DNA from: an uncultured Thermoanaerobaculia bacterium
Lineage (GTDB): Bacteria > Acidobacteriota > Thermoanaerobaculia > Thermoanaerobaculales > Sulfomarinibacteraceae
DNA length: 57,567 nucleotides
Direction: 5' to 3'
Assembly: GCA_964438135.1 (NCBI GenBank)
Contig: CAYTJW010000002.1
Span: 1-57,567 of the forward strand
The notes under the pieces: generated by a model
What the model saw: the letters and a program-made list of their open reading frames with translations, nothing else
What the model was told of the DNA's origin: nothing
Databases searched by the model: none
Position numbers and translations under genes: made by a program
Shown: positions 33,884 through 41,161 of the stretch, one piece after another
Layout: every line of letters starts with the position of its first letter
Numbering within the stretch: the first letter of the stretch is position 1

Positions 33884-35634
33884 CGCTGTCAGGAACGCAG
33901 CCGCGTCCGCACCGCGGCTCCCTCTACGTCTTCGAGGGGCCGGACGGCGTCGGCAAGACGACGATCGCAGCGCGCTTCGCCGCCGTCCTGGGCGCCGAGG
34001 GCCCCGTGGCCGCGCTCTCGTTCCCCGGGCGCGAGCCGGGGTCACTCGGCCAGCACGTCTACGAGCTCCACCACGACCCGCGGCACTTCGGCATTGAGGC
34101 GCTCAGCCCTGCGAGCCTCCAGCTGCTCCACGTCGCTGCCCACATCGACGCTATCAGCGCCCGGATCGTGCCACTGCTCGACAGCGGCACCGGCGTCGTC
34201 CTCGATCGGTTCTGGTGGTCGACCTGGGTCTACGGCCTCGTCGATGGGGCCGACCGCGGCGTCCTTCGGGCGATGGTGGACCTCGAGCGGGTATGCTGGG
34301 GCCACCACGCTCCGGCGGCGGTCTTCCTCCTGACACGTCCGACTCCCCTACGCGAGGAGACCACAGCCGAGCGCTGGTTCAGGCTCACGAGGGAGTACGA
34401 TGCGCTGGCTGCAACAGAGGCCCCGACTAGCAGGGTGGTGTGGCTACCCAACGACGCCGCGCCCGACGATGTGGTGGCGCGGGCGATCGTCGCAGCCGCC
34501 AGGGCCCGTGACCCCATCGGCGTCCCCGCTGAGGAGCAGACGCCTGCGCGTCGCCCGGCCCCCGCAGACCAGCTCCCGCTCGTGTTCCCCCACCACTCCC
34601 CCCGACCCGTCGTGCCGCACCCTCCGCTCCCGACCCGCGACGCGTGGGCACCCGCCGAGCCTACCTCTGTGTTCGATACGTTCTGGCACTTCGCGGCAGA
34701 GCGGCAGGCGGTCTTCTTCCGCCGCGCCCGTCGCGAACCACCTCCGTGGACGGCCGACCCGATCCTCGCAGCCCACAAGTTCACGAACGCCTACCGGGCG
34801 TCGGACCGCGTGAGCCAGTTCCTCATCCGACGGGTCCTCTACGACGGGGACCAGCAGCCAGCGGAGATCTTCTTCCGGGCGATCCTCTTCAAGTTGTTCA
34901 ACCGGATCGACACGTGGTGCGACCTCGCGCGGGCCGTCGGCCCCATCGCTTGGGCCGACTACTCATATGAGCGCTACGACGCCCACCTGTTGGCGCGATT
35001 GGAAGCAAGTGATCGCATCTACTCCGCGGCGTACATCATGCCCGCTGCGGAGCGCACGCCAGGCGCCCGCAAGCACCAGACGCACCTCCGGCTCTTGGAG
35101 CGGATGATGCACGAGGGTGTGCCCGAACGACTCGCGGGCGCGCGTTCGCTGCGCGAGGCGTTCGAAGTCCTGCGGTCGTTCCCGATGCTCGGGAACTTCC
35201 TCGCGTACCAGTACGTGATCGACCTGAACTACAGTGAGCTGGTCAGCTTCTCGGAGATGGAGTTCATCGTGCCCGGCCCGGGCGCGCTCGACGGCATCCG
35301 GAAGTGCTTCGCCCATCTGGGGGGCCTCACGGAGGCCGACTTGATCCGGCGGGTCGCCGAGCGCCAGGAAGAGGAGTTCGCTGCGCGCGGCCTCGCCTTC
35401 GAGACGCTGTGGGGCCGGCCGCTCCAGCTCGTCGACTGCCAGAACCTCTTCTGCGAGATCTCCAAGTACGCGCGCGTGTACCACCCGGACGTCGCCGGGC
35501 TCACGGGTCGGACGAGAATCAAGCAGCGCTTCCGTCCGAGCCGGGAGCCCATCGCCATCTGGTACCCCCCGAAGTGGGGCATCAACGACCGGGTTGCAGC
35601 GGACCTCGGCGGGGCGGGCCGTGCGCGTCTTTGA
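33880..35634 (+). CDS. Two-domain protein: an N-terminal dTMP-kinase-like P-loop kinase and a C-terminal helical domain of the phage thymidine-hypermodification type (aGPT-Pplase / 5-hmdU-DNA-kinase helical domain-like)
   Basis: Internal ATG 33880 of track ORF 33355..35634 overlaps the upstream stop as ATGA. The N-domain has LYVFEGPDGVGKTT and VLDRFWWST, the Tmk signatures. A Pro-rich linker follows. The C-domain has PPWTADPILAAHKFTNAYRASDRVSQFLI and FPMLGNFLAYQYVIDLNYS, which I recognise from 'nucleotide kinase / DNA base hypermodification' proteins. This is a recollection, not a search. Confidence 0.6.
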   Translation: MTLSGTQPRPHRGSLYVFEGPDGVGKTTIAARFAAVLGAEGPVAALSFPGREPGSLGQHVYELHHDPRHFGIEALSPASLQLLHVAAHIDAISARIVPLLDSGTGVVLDRFWWSTWVYGLVDGADRGVLRAMVDLERVCWGHHAPAAVFLLTRPTPLREETTAERWFRLTREYDALAATEAPTSRVVWLPNDAAPDDVVARAIVAAARARDPIGVPAEEQTPARRPAPADQLPLVFPHHSPRPVVPHPPLPTRDAWAPAEPTSVFDTFWHFAAERQAVFFRRARREPPPWTADPILAAHKFTNAYRASDRVSQFLIRRVLYDGDQQPAEIFFRAILFKLFNRIDTWCDLARAVGPIAWADYSYERYDAHLLARLEASDRIYSAAYIMPAAERTPGARKHQTHLRLLERMMHEGVPERLAGARSLREAFEVLRSFPMLGNFLAYQYVIDLNYSELVSFSEMEFIVPGPGALDGIRKCFAHLGGLTEADLIRRVAERQEEEFAARGLAFETLWGRPLQLVDCQNLFCEISKYARVYHPDVAGLTGRTRIKQRFRPSREPIAIWYPPKWGINDRVAADLGGAGRARL

Positions 35635-36496
35635 GGCCGACACCGCGGACGACGTCTGGGGCGCGGCCGCCGACGAGCTGCTCCGCGGGGGCGACGCGGC
35701 GCAGCAGGCCAGCCGGTGCGGTCCCACGCGCGAGCTGCTCCACGTCGGGCTCGTCATCCGCGATCCGCGGCAGCGCTGGATCGTCTCGCGGCGGCCCGTG
35801 CCGAACCCCGCCTTCGCGATCGCCGAGGCGCTCTGGATTCTCGCCGGGCGGAACGACGCGGCCTTCCCGAACTTCTGGAACCCCATCCTCCCGAGGTTCT
35901 CTGGGAGCGGGCCGACGTATCACGGCGCGTACGGGCACCGGCTCCGGCACGCCTTCGGGCTCGACCAGATCGAGCGGGCGTACCGAGCCCTCGCGGCCGC
36001 CCCCGACACCCGGCAGGTCGTCCTCAGCATCTACCACCCTCGCCTCGACCTGCCCGACGAGGACGGGGTCGAGGCGTCGAAGGACGTGCCCTGCAACGTG
36101 TGCAGCCTCCTCAAGCTCCGCGGCGGGAGGCTCGAGTGGGCGCAGGTGATGCGGAGCAACGACCTCATCCGGGGCCTGCCGTACAACTTCGTGCAGTTCA
36201 CGACGATCCTGGAGGTGATGGCTGGGTGGCTCGGCGTCCAACCTGGGTCGTACACCCACTTCTCGGACAGCCTGCACGCCTACGAGACCGACATCGCTGG
36301 GTACGCCGTCGTCGGAGGCGCCACCCCGACGCCGCACGCTGACCGGCTCGATCTGCCGCACGACGAGTCGCACCGGGTCCTCGCCGAGCTGACCGCATCC
36401 TGCGATGCGCAATCCGACGAATCTGGACAGCGGTTCCGATTGAAGGCGGACAGGAGTCGGAGCGAAGCGACGCGGTGTGGCTCTCTGGATTGGTAG
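35621..36496 (+). CDS. Thymidylate-synthase homologue (TS-like 2; dUMP/dCMP hydroxymethylase-like); native 3' end displaced by an IS
   Basis: Same frame as track ORF 35594..36496. It contains AFAIAEALWILAGRND, GAYGHRLR, DQIERAYRAL, TRQVVLSIYHP, VPCNVCSLLKLRGGRLEWAQVMRSNDLIRGLPYNF and SDSLHAY, the full ThyA motif series including the catalytic Cys. From codon 36422 on, the reading frame is IS sequence. Confidence 0.75.
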   Translation: MRVFEADTADDVWGAAADELLRGGDAAQQASRCGPTRELLHVGLVIRDPRQRWIVSRRPVPNPAFAIAEALWILAGRNDAAFPNFWNPILPRFSGSGPTYHGAYGHRLRHAFGLDQIERAYRALAAAPDTRQVVLSIYHPRLDLPDEDGVEASKDVPCNVCSLLKLRGGRLEWAQVMRSNDLIRGLPYNFVQFTTILEVMAGWLGVQPGSYTHFSDSLHAYETDIAGYAVVGGATPTPHADRLDLPHDESHRVLAELTASCDAQSDESGQRFRLKADRSRSEATRCGSLDW

Positions 36497-36778
36497 TGTC
36501 CACCTTCAGGCTCGAGAACGCCCTCCTTTCGTCCCAAATCAGGTTAGTGGTGTTCGTCGTCGTCGTCGAGGCTGTGGTGCTGTGGTAAACCCGGGGGGTG
36601 GTCGGGGTGGGGGCCGGGTTTTCCAAGGAGCTGAGGAAAACGCGCAGCGTTTTCCAGGGAGCCTGTGGGCGGGTGTGGAAGTCCTCTTCCACAGCCGTCC
36701 ACAGGTCCCGGCAGCTCCGGCAGCTCCACAGCCGGGTGGGGGCCCGGCCGCCAGCGCGCCTGTCGCGCTGGCGCGTGT

Positions 36779-37543
36779 TCATGGCTGAGGCTCCTGTTCC
36801 TTGGCGCGTGCTTCGGCGTGACGCTTGGGTCGCATCGACTCGCCGTCGAGCTCGATCCGGTAGGCGTTGCTGGTAAGGCGGTCGAGGATCGCGTCGGCCA
36901 GGGTCGGGTCGCCGATCGCGCGGTGCCACTTGGCTACCGGCAGCTGACTGGTGACGATCGTGGAGCGCAGCCCGTGACGGTCCTCGAGGATCTCGTACAG
37001 GTCGCGGCGCTCGACGTCGCCAAAGGGGACCAGGCCCCAGTCGTCGAGGACGAGGACGTCGATCCGCGCGTAGGTCGCCAGGAGCTTGCCGTAGCGGCCG
37101 TCGCCCCTGGCGGCGGCGAGCTCCCGGAAGAGTTTCGGCAGGTGGAAGTACTGGGCGCTTGCGCCCTCGAGACACGCCTTGTGGGCCAGGGCACAGGCCA
37201 CGTAGGTCTTGCCCAGCCCGGTCGGGCCGGTGATCAGCAGGTTGTGGTGCTCGCTGACCCAGCGACACGAGGCGAGGTCGAGAATCAAGCCGCGGTCCAG
37301 GTTTCGCGGGTGGCGGAAGTCGAGGCTCTCGAAGCAGGCGCTCTGTCGGAGCTTGGCCGTGTGGAGGCGGCTCCTCAGGCGACGGCTGGCCCTCTCCGTC
37401 TCCTCGCGTTCCACGAGTAGCCCGAGACGGTCCTCGAAGGTGAGGCTCGAGACCTCCGGCATCTTCAGCTGCTCCTCCATCGCCCGAGCCATGCCGGTCA
37501 GACGCAGGGCGTGCAGCTTCTCCAGAATGGGGTGGATCAGCAT
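36779..37543 (-). CDS. istB: IS21-family helper ATPase IstB
   Basis: ATG 37543, preceded by GAGGAGG, lies inside track ORF 36779..37621. Walker A is LLITGPTGLGKTY and Walker B VLVLDDWG. Confidence 0.9.
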   Translation of the reverse strand: MLIHPILEKLHALRLTGMARAMEEQLKMPEVSSLTFEDRLGLLVEREETERASRRLRSRLHTAKLRQSACFESLDFRHPRNLDRGLILDLASCRWVSEHHNLLITGPTGLGKTYVACALAHKACLEGASAQYFHLPKLFRELAAARGDGRYGKLLATYARIDVLVLDDWGLVPFGDVERRDLYEILEDRHGLRSTIVTSQLPVAKWHRAIGDPTLADAILDRLTSNAYRIELDGESMRPKRHAEARAKEQEPQP

Positions 37544-37553
37544 GGCGACCTCC

Positions 37554-39095
37554 TCACCGGTAGTACTCAGGGCCGCGGATGTTCTGGTGCTCGATGACGT
37601 CACTGGCTGCGGGAGCCACAAGCAGGGGCTGCTGGTCGAGCCTCGTCTCGAGGATCGACTTCACGCTCCGGTACGACGCGCTCCGGATCAGGAGAGCCCG
37701 AGCGCACGCCGCTTCGAGCCGGTCGTTGCCGTACTGCTTGCCCAGCCGCAGCAGGCCCAGGCACGGCCGAAACCCCTGCTGCGGGTGGACCCTCGACCCC
37801 ATGATCGCCTCCACCACGCCCGCGGCCGAAGGGCCGATCTCTCCCGCCCACCGGACCAGCCGCTGAGGCGTCCACTCCGCCTGCGCCTGGTGCGCCGGCG
37901 GCATATGCTCACGCACCGTGGTGTGGTGCCCTCGCTTCCGGCTCCGCACATGGGCAGCCACCCTTCTTCCCTTGAAGAAGAGCTCCACCGTGGAGGCACC
38001 GGCCCTGACGTCCACCTCCTTCCTCACCAGCTGGTACGGCACGCTGTAGTAGTGACCCTCCACCTCGACGTGGTAGTCGACGTTGACCCGCGCCTTGCCC
38101 CACTCGGCAAACTCGAACCGCTCCTCCGGCAGCGCCTTCAGCGACGGCCGATCAAGGCTCTCGTACAGCTCCCGCCGCGACACCTTCAGCGCCCGCATCG
38201 GCCGGTCGTTCAGCTTCGCCAGCAGACCCCGCATCTCGGCGTTGAGCTCCGCTAGGCTGAAGAAGGTCCGGTTGCGCAGGCAGGCCAGGACCCACCGCTC
38301 GACCAGGAGCACGCCCGACTCCACCTTGGCCTTGTCCCTGGGCTTGCGCGGCCGGGCCGGTATCACCGCGGTGCCGTAGTGCCGCGCCATCTCGTGGTAG
38401 GTCGGGTTGAGGTCCGGCTCGTACCGGCACGCCCGTGTCACCCCTGACCTCGGGTTGTCCGGCACCACGATCTCCGTGACACCCCCGAAGAACTCGAACG
38501 CCCGCACGTGCGAGCCGATCCAATCCGCCAGGCCCTGCCCCCAGGTCGCCTCGGCATAGGCGTAGCTCGAGGCGCCCAGCACCGCCACGAAGATCGCCGC
38601 CGCCCTCACCTCGCCGGTCGCCGGGTCGGCGACGTCCACCGTCGGTCCGGCGTAGTCCACGAAGGTCTTCTCGCCGGCCCGGTGCTCCTGCCGCATCGTG
38701 ACCGCCATTTGGCCCTTCCACTCCCGATACAGGTCGCAAAACCGGCTGTACTGCAGCCCCTCCGGAACCCGCTCCTTGTACTCCTGCCACAGCAGGGCCA
38801 GGGTCACACCCTTGCGCCGCAGCTCACGGCTCACGACAGCCCAGTCCGGCAGAGACCGCCCACTCGCACCCCTCGCCGCCGGCGGGGGAAAGAGCAACCG
38901 CTCCAGCTCGCCGTCGTCCATCCCCTCGACCCTGCCCCAGGTCAGCCCCGCGGTCGACGCCCGCAGCAGGTAGTCACCGATCGTCCCGTGCGCCAGCCCA
39001 CAGCTCCTGCTCACCCGCCGATGGGACAGCCCACAGACCCACTTCAGTCGCAGTATCTCCCTGATCTTCCTCATGGATATCCTCTCCGCAGGCAT
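37554..39095 (-). CDS. istA: IS21-family transposase IstA
   Basis: ATG 39095, preceded by AGGAGG, lies inside track ORF 37554..39128. The N-terminal HTH is MRKIREILRLKWVCGLSHRRVSRSCGLAHGTIGDYL, followed by a DDE-type core. Confidence 0.9.
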   Translation of the reverse strand: MPAERISMRKIREILRLKWVCGLSHRRVSRSCGLAHGTIGDYLLRASTAGLTWGRVEGMDDGELERLLFPPPAARGASGRSLPDWAVVSRELRRKGVTLALLWQEYKERVPEGLQYSRFCDLYREWKGQMAVTMRQEHRAGEKTFVDYAGPTVDVADPATGEVRAAAIFVAVLGASSYAYAEATWGQGLADWIGSHVRAFEFFGGVTEIVVPDNPRSGVTRACRYEPDLNPTYHEMARHYGTAVIPARPRKPRDKAKVESGVLLVERWVLACLRNRTFFSLAELNAEMRGLLAKLNDRPMRALKVSRRELYESLDRPSLKALPEERFEFAEWGKARVNVDYHVEVEGHYYSVPYQLVRKEVDVRAGASTVELFFKGRRVAAHVRSRKRGHHTTVREHMPPAHQAQAEWTPQRLVRWAGEIGPSAAGVVEAIMGSRVHPQQGFRPCLGLLRLGKQYGNDRLEAACARALLIRSASYRSVKSILETRLDQQPLLVAPAASDVIEHQNIRGPEYYR

Positions 39096-39153
39096 GCCCC
39101 GTCCCCTCCTCGAGGACCACGAGACCATGCCCCGCCGCGAGAGTCACCATCCC

Positions 39154-39305
39154 CGTCCGCCATTCCGATCGATCCTGGTCACCGATTCCGATCCATCCTG
39201 GACACCCATTCCGACGACCCCGCCCAAACCGTCCAGCTTCACGTCGGAATCACTGTCCACCTTCGATCGGAATCACTGTCCACCTTCCGTCGGAATCAGT
39301 GTCCG
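39154..39305. repeat. Palindromic array of six ~18-bp IS-end repeats at a 23-bp period (three in each orientation) upstream of istA
   Basis: The forward-type repeats end in CCGAT/CCGAT/CCGAC at 39169, 39192 and 39215. The reverse-type repeats (TCGGAATCACTGTCCAC-like) start at 39244, 39267 and 39290. Confidence 0.6.
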
Positions 39306-39367
39306 GAATCCGTCGGCGCGGTCACTGCGACGAGCTCCGGTCGCCGGACCTCAGCTGCGGACGGCTG

Positions 39368-39598
39368 ATGGACCTCCTCCGAAGCGGCGTGCGACCGCCC
39401 GGCTATCAGAACCTCTTCGCGGTCGTGGCTGCGGATGCAGGACGGCGCCACGGGTGGTCCGACCTCGCTGGTGACATCCTCAGCACGTGCACGAACCCGG
39501 TCCTTCACCGCGCCTGCTCGCTGTGGTTCGAGAGGTTCCGCTCCCAAGCGCAGCACGACGAGCCGGCTCTTTCAGGTGAGGTGGGTCCACAAGTGTGA
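39368..39598 (+). CDS. Hypothetical 76-aa ORF, probable last gene of the IS-interrupted operon
   Basis: ATG 39368 shares its A with the TGA (39366-39368) of the reconstructed TS-like 2 gene. It is part of track ORF 39299..39598. No family was recognised. Confidence 0.35.
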   Translation: MDLLRSGVRPPGYQNLFAVVAADAGRRHGWSDLAGDILSTCTNPVLHRACSLWFERFRSQAQHDEPALSGEVGPQV

Positions 39599-39640
39599 GG
39601 GCAGGTCTTCTGTAGATGCGCTACACCCGGAGAAGTTAGA

Positions 39641-41161
39641 CTAGGCAAACAGCAAGGGGCTTCGGCCAGCGCGAGGCACGACCAGCGTCAGCGACGACGT
39701 CGCGCGACTCATGGCGACGTAGAGCTTGCGCCGCGCCGCGGGAGTGTCAGGGAACCGGGTTGCGTCACATGGAACGATGATCACGTTCGGGCACTCGAGC
39801 CCCTTCGCCTTGTGCACCGTGCTGATCGCCTTCGCGGGCGGCTTCGGATGCCGCGCGCTTCGTCGCTGTGCGAGGTCGGTTACGCCTGCGTCGGGGCTCG
39901 AGTAGTCTGCGAGCAATACGGCATCCCAGTACTCGCGCTGGTAGTCGATGCAGATGGACCCGAAGGCGGCGTCGCTCTCGACAAGGGTGTGAAGGCGACG
40001 GAGGACCTTCGCGACGCCGCAGTGATTGGGTTCGGCGAGGAGCATTCTCGCCAGGGCCTGAAGCGTGGCAGGCTTGCCACGGCGAGGGTGACAGCAGCCT
40101 GACTGCACTTCCGCGATGAGCGCGTCGCCGAACGCCGAGGGGGAAAACCCCTTGCAGACCTCACCGAGGAAAGCGACGAGCGCTTCCGCGACTGCGCACG
40201 GCTTCCCATCGTGTTCTCGCAACGACATCGCGAGCGCATCGAGCGCATCGCGGACGTGGCCCTCCCAGATTGGGAGGGCGCGATTGAAGAACGCGCGCAG
40301 TGCGAGAACGAGGTCGTTGTGCGGTGTCAGCACGAGCAGCTCCGCTGCGCTGTGGACGACGCGGTCGATTGGCCTCCGCTCTGCGGGACCTGCGCTGTAG
40401 CCGCGTGCCATCGGGGCGATGTTCTCGGCTCTGATGACGGTCACCGATGCCGGCACCCCTGAGGTCAGGTCCAGCTGGCCACCGTCGCGAAGGGTGCCTC
40501 GCGCGGCGAGGACCCACTGCCCGAGAAGCGGATCAGAGGCCCACCGATGGGGCGTGTCCAGCTCCTCGGTGACCCCTCGACCCTTCAGGGTGGACCAATC
40601 TGCCTCGAACGCGACTGCGGTTTTCCGAGACGAGGACCCGTAGATCCGCTGCATCGGATCGCCGAAGATCCGTAACGCCGCTCCACCTCGGAGGAGGGCC
40701 ATCGTGATGTCGTGCTGGTCGCTGCTCGCGTCCTGATGCTCGTCGCAAATGATGATCGGGAATCGCCGGGCGAGCATCCGCTCGATAACCGGCGTCGCCG
40801 CCATGAGGCGCGCGACCTTGCCGGCAACCTTCCCATAGCCGTCCTTCTGAGCACGCGCCCAGGCACCGGGGTCCGCTGGAAGATCAAGGGGAATGTGGTA
40901 CGCGGCCGCAATCTCGACAATGAGGCTGTCGATCGTACGAACCTCGACGCGCCTTCGGAGGTTCGGCGTTCGGCTCGCGAACACGTCGCACGCGGCGTGC
41001 GTGTGCGCGAGGATGAGAACTCGGCCGTCCCCCTGGAGCCCGTGAGCCGCATCGATCGCGAAGAGGGAACCCTGGTGGGTCTTCCCGCAGCCGGCCGGGG
41101 CCTCGACCACCACGAGCGGGTGACCGGACCGGAGCGCTTTGCTTACTGAGGCGTCGCTCAC
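39641..41161 (-). CDS. gajB: UvrD/PcrA-like superfamily 1 helicase, GajB-like
   Basis: Track ORF of 506 aa with VEAPAGCGKTH, IIICDEHQD, VHKAKGLECPNVIIV and YVAMSRATSSL. GTG 41161 overlaps the upstream stop as GTGA. Confidence 0.8.
   Translation of the reverse strand: MSDASVSKALRSGHPLVVVEAPAGCGKTHQGSLFAIDAAHGLQGDGRVLILAHTHAACDVFASRTPNLRRRVEVRTIDSLIVEIAAAYHIPLDLPADPGAWARAQKDGYGKVAGKVARLMAATPVIERMLARRFPIIICDEHQDASSDQHDITMALLRGGAALRIFGDPMQRIYGSSSRKTAVAFEADWSTLKGRGVTEELDTPHRWASDPLLGQWVLAARGTLRDGGQLDLTSGVPASVTVIRAENIAPMARGYSAGPAERRPIDRVVHSAAELLVLTPHNDLVLALRAFFNRALPIWEGHVRDALDALAMSLREHDGKPCAVAEALVAFLGEVCKGFSPSAFGDALIAEVQSGCCHPRRGKPATLQALARMLLAEPNHCGVAKVLRRLHTLVESDAAFGSICIDYQREYWDAVLLADYSSPDAGVTDLAQRRSARHPKPPAKAISTVHKAKGLECPNVIIVPCDATRFPDTPAARRKLYVAMSRATSSLTLVVPRAGRSPLLFA

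Larger units (their letters stand above)
36424..39305 (-). mobile_element. IS21-family insertion sequence (istA-istB) flanked by a 5-bp target duplication GAATC
   Basis: The left end CTGGACAGCGGTTCCGAT-N5-CGGACAGGAGTCGGAG matches the reverse complement of the right end (CCGGACACTGATTCCGAC-N5-GTGGACAGTGATTCCGAT). GAATC occurs at 36419-36423 and 39306-39310. Removing 36424-39310 restores the interrupted ORF. Confidence 0.8.
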
